DNA of 64,000 nt from Octopus sinensis (Eukaryota). Positions within the stretch are counted from its first letter, which is position 1. The number at the start of each line of letters is the position of its first letter. Shown one piece after another: positions 42,588-56,724 of this stretch. The DNA lies in NCBI RefSeq assembly GCF_006345805.1, contig NC_043006.1, positions 11,036,001 to 11,100,000 on the forward strand. Direction: 5' to 3'. The position numbers and the translations under genes were made by a program. A model generated the notes under the pieces. The model did no database searches, was not told the origin of the DNA, and saw only the letters and a list, made by a program, of their open reading frames with translations.

Positions 42588-43046
42588 TGAATAAAAAAAT
42601 TGTAAAACTCATTAAAAAATGTCTATTGTGTGTATTCGATGGGAACCAAATAAAATATATTCAATAGTTTTATAGGAAAAAATTAAAAGATTTCCAAAGA
42701 CCGTGTACCATGTATGAGAATGACATAACATTGTGTGCAAGGAAAATATAATACAATAAAACTAAATATAAATCAACGTTAACGTAATAATTCTTAGGAA
42801 AATACCATTGAAAATTGCCGATGTTCAGCTCTCTTTGGTCTTAATTCCAGCTCGGCACTAAACCAGCTACGCTACGACTATTGGCGTTAAATTCACGACT
42901 GTCCTATTATATTCCTATAGACACACAATTTCTAATTTGTATTTCTATTTTTCAGAATGTTGGGTATTATTTGAGGAGGATTTAGTTAGTTTTTTCTGGC
43001 AGATCGAGAGATAATCACGAAAGTCTATCGTTCTTAAGAACTGGTA

Positions 43047-43106
<60 letters not shown>

Positions 43107-43142
43107 ATCTCCCTCTCTCTCTCTCTCTCCTCTCTCTCTCTT

Positions 43143-43177
<35 letters not shown>

Positions 43178-43317
43178 CATTGAGATTACAATGGGCAATG
43201 TCTTTGAGGAGAGAACTTATTAGTGGTCTTCCATACTATAGCCTGCCCAAGTTTGCACCTTGGAGAGAAAGTTTCCAGAAGCAAACCCAGCATGTACATA
43301 CATATGCTTTCGCACAC

Positions 43318-43350
<33 letters not shown>

Positions 43351-43809
43351 CACACACGGAGGAACTCTTGAGAGTCAACAGCCATCCAATAATTGTCTTA
43401 AGGCTGTATCATGCGCGGGGACATAGAAATAATCGGACTGAATACCCGATCGCGCGGTTAAACCATTGGGAGTGAAGGACTCCTAGCCTTTGTTAATGTA
43501 TCCTTCTAGGATAAGGTAACTCAGATAACTGGGATAACTCCGACATAAAACCTGCGGCTCGGCGGTTACCGATAATGTTGATTTGTTCTTCTTTTCGGAT
43601 TATGGCTGCTGTTGGTAAGTGAGTGGGATTCACTCAGTGCACAGCCTTTCCTCACTTTAAAAACAAATCTTCTTGCACATGCATTGCACGATACAACATT
43701 GATTAAGCTTCGTGCACTGGCCATACTCGATGACGATGGGGCAGCCACTATGTATGTATGTATGTATGTATGTATGTATGTATGTATGTATGTATGTATG
43801 TATGAGAAG

Positions 43810-43990
43810 GAAGACCAGTGTTTTACTACCTTAGAGACGCAAACTTGAAATTCATGAATCTCGGTTGGGTCATTTGGCAAGGACGCATGATGTTGAAAGA
43901 CCCGAAACATTCTAAGCCACCAGGAGCGTCATTGATGAGACATCCCGGGGGCATCCATATGATGTATCTTGGAACAATACACTCATGCTC
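43810..43990 (+). mobile_element. possible RTE-type ORF 3' fragment; 43390-43750 may be the associated UTR
   Basis: LGHLAR motif; otherwise degraded. Confidence 0.3.
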
Positions 43991-44660
43991 GCTCACGAAC
44001 ACGCCTGTATATGTGTAGGATGGTGTATACACACATTTTAGAACTGTACATATAAAATGGTATATTAAAAAATTCGCTTATTCGAATTTTCCTGTTAACC
44101 GGAAAAATGAAAGGAAAAATCTAGTGCTGTAAGCTACTTATAATCTTTTTTAAATTAAGAATTAATTTTCCAAAAGTTTTCTCGTGCTTAGAGGAAACCT
44201 GATCTTGTTTATAAACAAGATGGCAACTACGCTCTTTTCTCGGTATTATAGGCATTCATGAATATAAAGCATTCTACTGAAATCTGCTTGGATCAATCGA
44301 TATAGGGCTTTCTATAAATATACTTTCCAAGAGTTTTAGTCAAAAGTAATTTGCATTCTTAGAAAATATAGGGAGCTAATGGAAATGAATGAAGTAGGCC
44401 AATGTCTGTTGCAACATACGTATGCGCGCATAAGTATATATTATCGCTGTTATTTTTATCGCTATTATATTTTTATAATATTAAAATTTTGAAATAGATC
44501 TCTGTATGAGATTCCAGACAGTGATATCTCAGTTTCATGCGTTGCATTGTAAATCATCAGTAGAGGACGAATGGTGATATAATCATGCAAATACATATGT
44601 TTATGTATGTATGTAAGTATGTATGTATGCATGTTATGTATGTATGTATATATATATATG

Positions 44661-45012
44661 AATTAGAACAAAAACACCTTTTATCAATTTAAAATGAACA
44701 ATTAAATTACACCATCTAGAAAATTACATATAATAGAAATATTTAAATTAAAATAACTATAAAATACCAATGATTAATTAAATTGCAAAAATATAATAAA
44801 AACGTATATAATTGGTATTATATAATTGGTATATAATAAAAACGTATATTCCAATTATATACGTTTTTATTACGTTTTTATTATTTTTTTGCAATTTACT
44901 TAATCATTGGTATTTTATAGCTATTTTAATTTTAATATTTCTATATGTAATTTCCTGATGGTGTAATTTAATTGTTAATTTTGAATTGATAAAAGGTGTT
45001 TTTTTTCTAATT
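44661..45012. repeat. AT-rich long inverted repeat (foldback)
   Basis: Left arm AATTAGAACAAAAACACCTTTTATCAATT..AAACGTATATAATTGG (about 44661-44817) is the near reverse complement of 44852-45012. Confidence 0.85.
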
Positions 45013-45129
45013 TTTTCTATATTAGAATTTGATTTAGTATTTCTAAGTTGAATTTTTTTCCTTGTACGTTTGGGTTAATATTCCCTCAAATAATAATAAT
45101 TATTATATATATATATAATATATATATAT

Positions 45130-45174
<45 letters not shown>

Positions 45175-45217
45175 ATATATATATATATATAATATATATA
45201 TATATATAATATATATA

Positions 45218-45265
<48 letters not shown>

Positions 45266-45891
45266 TTATATATATATACATATATATATATATATTAGCA
45301 TATGTGTGTAAGTATATTGTACAGAGACGTAAGATATACCTCTTTACCGACTTATATTTTTCTACTTGCTTTCAAACAACTATTTTGTCCGTTACTATCT
45401 ATCGTTTCCTTACCAACCACTTTCTACATCTTTGCACTTAAATTGCCACCATCTTAATGGCCATTGCTTGTTATTTTCCAGAATATTTATTGTGTTCCAT
45501 GAAGAGCATTACTAAACGCAGTCCTTTTTTTTCTCTTTTACCCAACTCCCATCTCACACCTCCTCCTCTCTCGCAAATTATCACCTTTCTCCTTTCTCTT
45601 TCACTACTATTTCCTTCTCTTCTCACCCTTCTCCCCTTTCACACACACACACGACATTTTCCCTTGCTTTATTTTCCACGGTTCATCTCTTTCACTATCA
45701 TTTTCCATCTTTCTCTTGTTTCTCTTAGCATCGCTCTCTCTCTCTCTCTCTCCCTTTCTCATGTCCTCTCTTTCCTTCCCTTTTTCTTTACCACTCTCTC
45801 TTTTCCTCGCTACATTCCCCTTCTTCCCTCAATCTCTCCCACTTTACATTTCTCTTCCCGCTTTCTCTACGCTTTCTATTCATTCTCTTAC

Positions 45892-45947
45892 TAGATATAT
45901 TTCCGATGGCCAAAGCACTTCAGTTGTTCGCCATTCTCTTCAGTCTA
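45892..45947 (-). ncRNA. hammerhead-like motif
   Basis: TAGA-CTGAAGA-GA(A)TGGC...GCCATC-G-GAAA-TA-TA-TCTA; one extra G before GAAA. Confidence 0.45.
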
Positions 45948-46698
45948 CTTACTTAGGTTATTTCTCCATTTAAGTAACCAATGCTCTTCAAATTATCGTC
46001 TTGCTTTCATCATCAGCTACAGTTTAGCCTGACATTACCTTCAGGCTACCATTCTCCAGCTGATACCGTAACTACTATACATACGACAAAACAAAATAAT
46101 AACTAAATCATTTAAAATCGCAGGCTAAGTTTTTCCCAGACACAATATTTATTCATCTGTCTTACTTTATCGAACGCCAAGTGTGGCGGACTATTATTAT
46201 CTATGCTATGTTCTCAGTTGTAACTCTGGGCAACAAAGATAGGAAATGATGTAGGCCTAGAGTGTATTTAAAACGTTGATCACTACTTGTGCTTTGTGAA
46301 GAATATGAAGATATCTGTTTTTAGATGGCAGTGAGGCTGTGATGCTGTGATGCATATATGTATAAATTATTAATAATTTCCTAGCTGTACAGAGAATCCT
46401 GTAAACTTCGTATTAAGCGTATGGAATCATGTGTAAATTTAAAATAATAATTATTTTACATAAATGTTTATGGATGCACTTAAAATATTTAAATAAACAT
46501 ACGGATAGATAGAGAGAGACATACACAGATACATATACATACATATAAATATATAAATAAATAGATATATTTATACATCATACACTTGTATATACATATG
46601 TGGGTGTATATATATACATATATCTTATACATGTATATGTATATATGAGTGCGTGTATAAATACGTATGTGTTGTGCGCGTGTTTTTGCGCGACTATG

Positions 46699-46751
<53 letters not shown>

Positions 46752-46911
46752 TATGATGTATGTATGTATGTATGTATATAACATTTCAAACTTATCTCTA
46801 CAGATTTCCTATAGAAACTAGAGCCAGCAATTAATATATGTATGTATATATTTGTGTATATATGTGTGGTGTGTATGTAGGTATTATGTATATATATATT
46901 ATATATATATA

Positions 46912-46960
<49 letters not shown>

Positions 46961-46968
46961 TATTGATG

Positions 46969-47000
<32 letters not shown>

Positions 47001-47162
47001 CGCATGCATGCATAAGTACATGCATGTCTATGCGCGCGTGTCAGTTTGTATTAAATGATGTATGTGTGCATGAGTATACGTGCGTGTGTCTGTGTGTGTG
47101 CGTGCATACGTTCGTGAGGGCGTGAGTGCGTGTGCGAGTTTGCGTTAGTGCGTGCTTGAGGG

Positions 47163-47195
<33 letters not shown>

Positions 47196-47876
47196 TGTGT
47201 GGTGTGTGTGTTTGTGTGTGTGTGCAGTATAACCTAATAACCCAATGCGTAAGAAGTCCACTTCATGACCACATGACCTCGGTCTCAATCCCGCCAGAAG
47301 GCATCTCGGGGAAAGATACCTTTCTATAGCACTGGGACAACTCCTCCCTTTTTTGAGCGAAAATTTCAGTTGGGAGAAACGGCACCGAAGTTCATGGAAA
47401 AGATTTTATCTGGAATTCCAAGATCGAGTTTTGTCAGACGTTGTGCTGCGCTGATTACCACCAGAATTGTGTTAAGGATAAACGTGTCTGTGGAATACAC
47501 AGCCAATTACTAATTTAATGAACCTGACAGTTTAATTAATTACACATCAGAATTCTTATGATCGGAAACGCTAACCAAAGCGCTTTTATTTATTCTATGG
47601 CATCGATTGTTTCTGATTGGCTACTTCAAATAGTCATGTGACTTCCTGAGGATATTTGCTATTGAGAATGTCATGGCATTTCAAATATTAGCACAATTGG
47701 TGTTTGCTGTAAAATGATGACTAACTTTGCAAGTATAGTTTTGCCAATAGTTTGGGAAGTATAGTTTTTGGTAACATCACGGAATATTGAATACATGCAA
47801 TAATTATAATTTCAATTATATTAAATTTCTGGGTGCTTGAGAAAAAGTGATGAAATAAATTCCAATAAATACCATA

Positions 47877-48006
47877 GGCGCAGGAGTGGCTATGTGGTAA
47901 GTAGTTTGCTTACCAACCACATGGTTCTGGATTCAGTCCCACTGCGTGACACCTTGGGCAAGCCTTGTGAGTGGGTTTGGTAGACGGAAACTGAAAGAAG
48001 CCTGTC

Positions 48007-48051
<45 letters not shown>

Positions 48052-48302
48052 GGGGGTGTATATGTGTGTGTGTGTGTGTGTGTGCGTATATATATATGTG
48101 TGTGTGTTTGTGTGTCTGTGTCCCCCCAACATCGCTTGACAACCGATGCTGGTGTATTTACGTCCCCGGTTCGGCTAAAAACACTGATAGAATAAGTAAT
48201 AGGCATACAAGGAATAAGTCCTGGGGTCGATTTGCTTGACTAAAAGTGGTGCTCCAGCATGGCCGCAGTCAAATGACTGAAACAAGTAAAAGAGTAAAAG
48301 AG
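47877..48302 (+). mobile_element. SINE family A
   Basis: Head, expanded internal microsatellite and tail; small internal deletion. Confidence 0.9.
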
Positions 48303-48367
48303 AATTTTGGAAAGTAAAATATGTAACACCTGAAAATAAGATTAAATATATCATTTGTATAATTACC

Positions 48368-48750
48368 CAACCACATGGTTCCGAGTTCAGTTCCACTGCA
48401 TGACTCCTTGGGGTATAGTCTTCTACTGTAGCCTCGGGCCAACCAATGACTCGTGTGTGAATTTTGTAGACGGAAACTAAAACAAGCCCGTCGTATGTGT
48501 GTATAGATGTGTGTGTGCCTGCATGTGTGTGTGCGTGTGTGTGTACACATGTGTGTGTGTCTTTGTGTCTATGTTTGTCAACCACCACCGCGTGACAACC
48601 GGTGTTAGTGTGTTTACGCCCCCGTAAATTAGCGGTTCGGCAATAAGAGACTGATAGAATAAGTACCTTGCTTAACAAATAATATGTACTGGTGTCGATT
48701 CATTCGGCTAAAAATTCCTCAAGGCGGTGCCCCAGCATCGCCGCAGTCTA
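48368..48750 (+). mobile_element. SINE family A, older copy
   Basis: Diverged but co-linear. Confidence 0.8.
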
Positions 48751-49622
48751 AAAAAAAGATACGATGATTTTATCGCTCTCATTATGTGTGAGTCTACGTA
48801 GCGTTCTTTTGCTCTTTGCCCGTCTCCAAGCCTAGCATGTGCACTCATTCTGTACCTCTAATGTTAAGTCTTTCTGCATCTCTCTTTCTACTCTTTCTCC
48901 CCCTTGCTTCTATATCATGTAAAGCCTCACCGGAGAATTTTAACCAACCAACATTTACAGCGGCTATTATTAAATAGAGATTATTTGCCTAAAACAGGAA
49001 AACTGCCTGTGCTATAAATGTCAGTTAGAAGCTGAAACACTCTTGCTTCCGGTGCTGCTCTGTAGCTAGACGAAAGCTCCGGACGCTTTCTCTTTGAGCC
49101 GTAGTGTACCCGGGACCAGATTCTCTCCTGTGGCATTTCTTTGCTTCTACTTTATTAACAGGCGTGTGATTTGAGAAAGATATGCTTTGATGGCTTTCAA
49201 AGTTGGAATTATTTCGTATGAAGCCGAATGTATTACAGAGAAATTGCTTCCCTATTTTGTTCAATATAATGTGATATAAAATATATTTCTTGCAAATAAG
49301 AAAATATATATTTTTTATACTTTGCAGAAGGCATAGTGGCTTCGATAAGTTTATTGATGTGTTAACAATACTTTCCTCATTCATGTTCCAGGTGTATTGG
49401 GACAGCGATGTAACATTCCTTTGATTCTGTTATAGAGAAAGTAGATGTACTGCAGCTATTTGTGTTGGGGTAGATTTTTCTTCGTTTTTGTACATTCTAT
49501 GAAGATTGTTTTTCTTTTCGGCTCAGTCTTAGAGTCGTAGTGTATTTGATCGATAAAGTAGTACCTTTCATAAATTACATTAAGCATAACTATTAAAATT
49601 ATTTTCTATTTGAGAAGTTCTT

Positions 49623-49673
<51 letters not shown>

Positions 49674-49839
49674 GTAATAATAATAATAATAATAATAATT
49701 TTATAACAGAAATTTGAAGTTCTGTGTATTAAATTTTCCTTTATTATCAACAAGAGTAACATAAACACTTGGATATTAATGTTCAAATAACATTCACGAC
49801 AATTTGGCTTGTGTGTATATGTGCGTGTGCAAGTGTATC

Positions 49840-49915
<76 letters not shown>

Positions 49916-50059
49916 CATATATATTTGTATGTATGTATGTATGTATACATAAATTCATAAATTTACTTTACACGCAATCTGATTTTATAACCTTGTTCTT
50001 GTAAATATCTCATTTTTAGGTGCAACTTGGTGGTTAGAAAAATAAATTAGTATTATTAG

Positions 50060-50260
50060 TCTCTGGCGAGTGCAGCGGGTTAGCATGCCAGGCAAAATAC
50101 TTAGAAATATTTCGTCCATCTTTACGTTCTGAGTTCAAATTCCGCCGAAGTCAACTTTACCTTTCATCCGTCCGGGAACGGTAAACAAAAGCGCCAATCA
50201 AGCACTGGGGTTCTTGGTATTGGATTACACCCTAACCCTAAAATAGCTGGCTTTGTTCCA
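50060..50260 (+). mobile_element. old SINE family B
   Basis: CTGAGTTCAAATTCCGCCGAAGTCAACTTTACCTTTCATCC. Confidence 0.75.
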
Positions 50261-50304
50261 AAATTTGTAAATTATTATTAGATTATTAGTAGTATCAGTG
50301 TTGT

Positions 50305-50575
50305 GAAGGCGTGTGGCCTAGTGGTTAGGCTGTTGCACTCACGATCGCTAGGTCGTAGGTTCGATGCCCTGACTTTGCGGTGCGTTGTGTTCCTGAGCAA
50401 AACCCTTCATTTCACATTACGCCAGTCCCCCTTTTGACCAGGGGGATGGAATGTTGGCCTGCTCGCCTAGCCAACGGAGTGGCGTCATTCAAAAGGTTAA
50501 AATAATTCAGGAGCGCATAGTGACCAGCATTGTGTAACAACATCTGATAGCCTGGTCGGTCACGTGATCATGTGA
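50305..50575 (+). mobile_element. tRNA-derived SINE family E
   Basis: A box TGGCCTAGTGG, B box GGTTCGATGCC, core-like CCTGAGCAAAACCCTTCATTTCAC. Confidence 0.65.
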
Positions 50576-50743
50576 GGAATACTAGAATTAAAACAATGAG
50601 GTGACACAACCGATACTTAGTGGCATTCCCTCTGGCCTTTTACGTTCTGAGTTCAAATGCCGTTGGGGTTGACTTTGCCTTTCATTCTTTCGGGGTCGGG
50701 GACTCTTTGGGGTTTGACTAGTTTACCCATATTAGTAGAGGTA

Positions 50744-51062
50744 AATAATAACAATGAAATTATTGTATACAGTGCTCATGTGCACCACAACTTGTCAAAA
50801 GTGCGTATAAAGCATATGCAGTAATGTACAAATGTCTGGAAAGCGAACAGTGTATGAGTCAGATACATGCTTGCGTGTGTATGGAGGGTAGAAAATCAGG
50901 TGTAGTGTTGGCGAATCTCAGGAAGCATGGAAGTTTTGAAAGATGCAGTGCTCCGACAACTAACAACTGATGCCGGCAGTTTGTTCCATGCTTCAGCAAC
51001 TCTTAGCCTGAAAAAATGTTTCCGAAAGTCATGGGAGCTGTGCTGTTTTCTGACTTTGTAAA
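50744..51062 (-). mobile_element. CR1-clade LINE 3' end
   Basis: FRKHFFRLRVAEAWNKLPASVVSCRSTASFK..HYT* (50896-51062), then 3' UTR and an ATT-type tail. Confidence 0.85.
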
Positions 51063-51314
51063 TTATTCAAACCTGAAAGAATCTCTCTCAACACATGGCT
51101 ATGATGCTCCCCAGAGATGCACGTATTGTCAGCTACTAAAGGACATGTTCAAAGTGGTTAAGGTCTTGCAACTGACAAGCAAATCTCTGGTATGAAGCAA
51201 AATATTTGTCGTAACCCATCTTTTACACCAAAACAAAACATGTATATGATAACACTTCCAGTCATTTAAGATCAGAAGCCATGAGAGCCACTGTCTGGTA
51301 TTGCATCTAGACAG

Positions 51315-51334
51315 CAGTAGCAGCAGCAGCAACC

Positions 51335-51419
<85 letters not shown>

Positions 51420-51626
51420 TAGTAGTAATAGTAGTAGTAGTAGTAGTAGTAGCAGCAGAGGCAGCAGCAGTACTAGTAGTAGTAGTAGTAGTAGTGGTAG
51501 CAGCAGCAGCAGTAGTAGTAGTAGTAGTAGTAGTAGCAGCAGTAGAGTAGTAGTAGTAGTAGTAGTAGCAGCAGCAGTAGTAGTAGTAGTAGTAGTAGTA
51601 GGAGTAGGAGGAGGAGGAGTAGTAGT

Positions 51627-51662
<36 letters not shown>

Positions 51663-51675
51663 CGTTAGTAGTAGT
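51315..51675. repeat. (TAG)n/(CAG)n compound microsatellite
   Basis: Direct sequence. Confidence 0.95.
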
Positions 51676-51739
51676 ATTTTATCATGGTCACCAACGTAAC
51701 CAGAAGTTTGAATTTGGCTATAGCACAACACACGCACAT

Positions 51740-51773
<34 letters not shown>

Positions 51774-52171
51774 ATCAACGTAATATTTTGTTCATGAAAT
51801 AAACCGATGGAATATTTAATCCGTTTCCTTTGGTGTTCGACTCTTTAGAAAATTGTTTGCGTAGATTAACCACTCCTATCTTCACCTCTATCTCATCACA
51901 GCTCATAAGCAGCTACATTTAGTTTATTTACATCGAAAATTAATACATGTATGCATACATTCACGCAACTATGTATTTATCTGTCAATTTACATGTCTAT
52001 TTACCTAATTATCTACCTATCAATGTTTCAATCAATTTATTTGTTTATGCGTCTATCTACTATCTACCTGTCTGTCTGTCCATGTATCTATCCTTTCGTT
52101 CACCTATTTACGTGTCTGCCTGTCTGTCTATCTACTTCTGTATGTGTGTGTATACCTGCGCATACGCATGT

Positions 52172-52220
<49 letters not shown>

Positions 52221-52755
52221 TATATATATATATATATATATATGTTAATAAAATAGAACATATGCATATATATAAACATATATATACGTACCTACCTCTA
52301 CATGTACATATACACGCATATATGTGTACAGGACACCAAAAAGACGTCGAACACATAGAGAGACGAAAAACATAGACACAAACCAGGAACAAGACAAGCA
52401 AAAAAAGAGATACAGGACAATAAGCACAACCAAAAATCCCCTTCTTCAGTCGCTAAGGTTTCATCTACTAAACGTTTCGAAGGATAAAAGCGAGACGTAT
52501 ACTTCGAAGAAAACTTCCTTCCTGTGAAAAGCAAATCAATTCAATATATATATAAATTAGAGATTCTTATTATATTACTTATTATATTACATATTGATCA
52601 TTCATTTTTATACTTTTTGAGACCTAGTTATAAGTTATATGTTTTATAAAAATATGTATTATAAACATATTTGCAATTTATGTTCTGGTTTATGTCTATC
52701 ACTGTTTGAGTTGCCTAATAGTGGTTTTATCTCTAATTTATATTTTATATATCTA

Positions 52756-53151
52756 CTAGCAGTATCGCCCGGCGTTGCTCGGGTTTGTAAGGGAAATAAC
52801 TATATAAGCATTTTTAGAGAGTTATAGCCAAAAAATAGCAAAAAAATGCATTAAAAATAGAAAAAGATTATGGTAAATTTTTTTTTAAATCGTTGACTCA
52901 TCGTTAACATTTTTAGAGAGTTACTTCCCTTATGTAATAGCGAAAAAAATGCATTAAAATGGAAAAAATGATGGTAATTTTTTTTTTAATCGCAGACTCA
53001 TCGTAGACGCGCGCTAATACCCAGAAGGGCTCGATATGAATCACGACTATAAGATACCCGGTTTTGGTTAAACTGCATCGCAAAATGTGGGAGTAGTTAG
53101 GAATCTAAATCGTAGGAGACAGACACACAACTTCTCTTTTATATATAAAGA
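52756..53151 (-). mobile_element. non-autonomous Helitron with an internal about 98-bp tandem duplication
   Basis: Minus strand: A|TC start at 53151; GC-rich hairpin CCCGAGC-AAC-GCCGGG followed 8 nt later by CTAG|T; no TSD. Confidence 0.88.
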
Positions 53152-53451
53152 TACTGTGAAATTTGATTTAATACTAAATTGAATTTTTCCCTGTAATTTT
53201 GGATTTATACTCTCTAATATTTTGTATATATATATATATCTGCCTATCTATCTCTATGTCTAATTCACTGTATGCGTCTGTATGTATGCTTCCATTTATG
53301 CTTTCGTGTGTGTTGATAAGTATGTATATACTTATTACCACAACTTTCCATTATTAGGATTTGTCCTGGAAGGAGGGAACTGATTTTTAACAAAACAATA
53401 TTAGCGCTATCACTAGAATTTTTATAAGAACATTAGTAATTGGTACATCAG

Positions 53452-53670
53452 GACCGGCGAGCTGGCAGAATCATTAGCACGGCGGGCGAAATGCGTAGCT
53501 GTATTTCGTCTGCCGTTACGTTCTGAGTTCACATTCCGCCAAGGTCGACTTTGCCTTTCATCCTTTTGGGGTTGATAAATAAAGTACCAGTTTCGCACTG
53601 GGGTCGATGTAATCAACTTAATCCCTTTGTCTGTCCTTGTTTGTCCTCTCTTGTGGGCAATAAAGAAATA
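53452..53670 (+). mobile_element. SINE family B
   Basis: Full-length and co-linear. Confidence 0.92.
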
Positions 53671-54621
53671 TATATATATATTTATTATCAAAAATATAAA
53701 TATATACACTATGTACAAGTCTAATATGGCCTTGTGGCATTTGGAGATCGTTGGGAATTACAAGTTTATTATAATGCATCCTGGCCACATTTGGTCCCTT
53801 GTCAGCGGATTTAACCAAACACCAATCTTATGATACAGAAGTGACGACTAGCTATGAATCAACGTAGTTTCCAATATTTCATTCACCCTTCTATCTCTTT
53901 ACTCCAAGAGTGCGATGCAAATGTGCAAGCGGAGGTTTAACAATTTTAACGCGTTTCTCCTGTGTTTTCGGTTTCAAAAGTGTAAAACACTGTACTATTA
54001 TTTACCTCCGTTTCATTTGAAAAAAACTTTTATCCTGAAATTGTTTGGTTCTGTTCTAATTTCTGCTTTGACGGTGGCCCAATTTCTCTACCATTCCTAT
54101 AAAAGCATTACTATTTTATCTTTTGCTTTTTTGCTGTTACATCATGTGACGAAGAGACGCTGTCCAATTTTACAAAACCCTCCAAACGTATTTTGTCTTA
54201 TGAAATGTATTCACTCTAAAACTGCTCTTTGTATTACGAAGATGTGAGATTACCTCTAACACAGAAGCTATGTGAATAAGTTAAGATGTTCTTACCTGTA
54301 CATGTAACGTCTTCAAACTTAATTCTTAGTCTGTTGGATATGTGTTTTTCTTCTAATAATTTTCATGAAAATGTTCAGCTTTTTCTTCTCAACATCATGT
54401 CACAGTCGAATGTAGTGCCTCGATGATATTTTTGGGCAGTTTCCAATTGTATGTGATATGTTCACCACACCACAGAACATTGCCATAACTGATATTTGCT
54501 ACTGCATCTTGAGAGGGTAAGGTCTTTGCAGGCACATTTGTTCATTAGATATTTCATATCTTCCTCCTGCTCGGGATGCAACGTGATATAATGGTCACGA
54601 ATCCATATATATGCATGTAAC

Positions 54622-54787
54622 TGCCGTAAATCCTCGAGTATAGTCCACCCTTGAGTATAATATGCAGGGTGTTTTAGGGGACTGTGCCTCTGAAAAACCT
54701 AAACCTTGTGCATAATACGCTCCCCTTCTCTAACTTGAGTCAAGGAGGTCTATATGATGTCCTTGGTTTGTAAAAATGTATACGGTA
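54622..54787. mobile_element. possible Tc1/mariner-type MITE, decayed
   Basis: TGCCGTAAA.. left end vs ..TATACGGTA right end; imperfect. Confidence 0.35.
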
Positions 54788-56105
54788 ACGTCCTTTATTA
54801 TTATTGTATATATATATAACATAATGCAAACGTGTAGCTTTTTTTGTGCATTTTGTTTGCAAAGCATAAAGAAATAACAGTAATGACGTTTAATAAATGT
54901 TGCTAACTGCAAGTTATGGATGATTTAAGGTATTTCTGTACCCGTGACCATTTATATATGTACGGTCTAAATTAGTACCAGCTTAACTTAGAGTCAATTA
55001 ATCACCCGCAAAATTGCTGGTTGAACTAGTATAACAAGTAATAACACAAGAACGAAACAGAAGTAACTGTCACGGGTGGATATGTTCGAGTAAACCCTTC
55101 GATGTCGTGCCCAAGCAAGGCTGCAGTCCAATGATTGGTAACAGTATAAAACTAGATGTATGTATTTAATCTATTCCTCTTAATTGAATAATTTGGATAA
55201 TGGATACGCAGATAATGTTAATTTCCACTAATTGCTTGCGACCTACGTCGATTTTGAGAAAAAAATTGATGAAGTGTTGCATAGAATTACGCTTTAATCT
55301 GATTAGAAATAAACTATTCCAGCAACAATTGTTTTTATGATAAGTGAAAACCATTGTTTTTGAAATTGATGCTTATAGATGGTGTCAAAGAGTCATTTGT
55401 ACTCAAATTTGCATTAATTAAAAACTATCAACGTTTAGATTCCTGTGTGTGTGTTTTTTTTTATCGTATTTTTATTATTTAATGAAATTATTTCAATACA
55501 TAAAATTTTCATTGAAGTTAAAATTTCTCTATAGACAGTTCTGAATGAAAGCAATGAACGACCGATATATTTTTGTTCTTGTTATCAAGTATGTTAGCCT
55601 GTGATTTCACCAAATAATGTTATCTTAATCTGCATGACGTCTAAGTTATCATGGTTCTCTAATACAGAAATGTTTGGAAGTGATTATCGTGTGTTACGTA
55701 ACTGACTAAGCTTGATTAGACAATATCAAACAAGATTAGAAAACCTCACAAGGAATACAATAAAGTATTTTCATATCGATGTGTATGTATGTATGTATGA
55801 ATATATATGTGTGTGTGTGTACTCGTGTGTCTGGAAAGAAAGAATGAACAAGCGAAACATATGGTATCGCATTAGAACATGGAATTTATAATTCAAATAT
55901 AATACTCACTATACAAAATTGGTATTGTCAGAAGACTTTCTCTACTTTGTTTGCATTAATAGTCAAGCACTACCTCATCCCCATAAAAAAATAAATGCGC
56001 CCTTTTAAGACTAGCCATATTATATATATATATATATATATATATACTTGTCGACGAGATTCAGTTTCCCACTTATGATACATGATATATATATATAATA
56101 TATAT

Positions 56106-56156
<51 letters not shown>

Positions 56157-56164
56157 TATGTATT

Positions 56165-56500
56165 ATGTATGACTGCGGCCATGCTGAAGAACCGCTTGGG
56201 GGGGGAGTTAGTCGAATAAATCACTCCAGGACTTTTTTTAATTTTTAAGCTTAGTACTTATTCGATCGGTCTCTTTGACGAACCACTAAGTTACGGGGCC
56301 GTAAACACATCAACACTGGTTGTCAAGCGGTGATTGCGGTGATATATATATATATACGACGGACATCTTTCACTTTACATCTTCCAAATCCATTCACAAG
56401 GCTTTCGTTGGCCCGAGAAGGGACTTGCCTAAGGTGCCACGCAGTGGAACTGAACCCGGAACCATGTGGCTGTGAAGCAATCTTCTTACAACACAGCTTG
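56165..56500 (-). mobile_element. SINE family A, older copy
   Basis: Co-linear in reverse. Confidence 0.8.
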
Positions 56501-56665
56501 CTTATATCATAAGAGTTTAGTAACTATGAGAGAATATGCAATAATTTGTTTAAATGGTCTGACTCGTAGTAGATAATGTCGTGTAAATCTTAGGTTTAAA
56601 AGTCCTTTGGATAGAAAAAGTTGAAGGCTGCCACGGACGAATTTTATGTGCGTGTGTCTCTGTTC

Positions 56666-56700
<35 letters not shown>

Positions 56701-56724
56701 GGTGTGCATGGTAGAATACTATCA

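Noticed and set aside
43390-43600. rRNA-like phrase (GGATAAGGTAACT) and a possible HDV-like ribozyme in a putative LINE UTR
   Set aside because: No extended rRNA similarity, and I could not assemble the HDV double pseudoknot by eye.
44525-44563. Minus-strand CTGATGA...ATGC-AAC-GCAT-GAAA
   Set aside because: Six unpaired nt before stem II, and no stem III or NUH site.
48780-49550. Possible old LINE fragment; 48790-48960 resembles 57420-57600
   Set aside because: No diagnostic protein motif recognisable, so left unclassified.
52440-52520. Minus-strand CCTTCGAAACGTT and CTGAAGA in a PLE-terminal-like module
   Set aside because: The core halves are in the wrong order or destroyed; cannot be folded as an HHR.
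54250-54600. Minus-strand CAG|GTAAG donor suggesting a host exon
   Set aside because: Stops in all three upstream frames; CSVVW..LETAQ suggests a decayed LINE RT.
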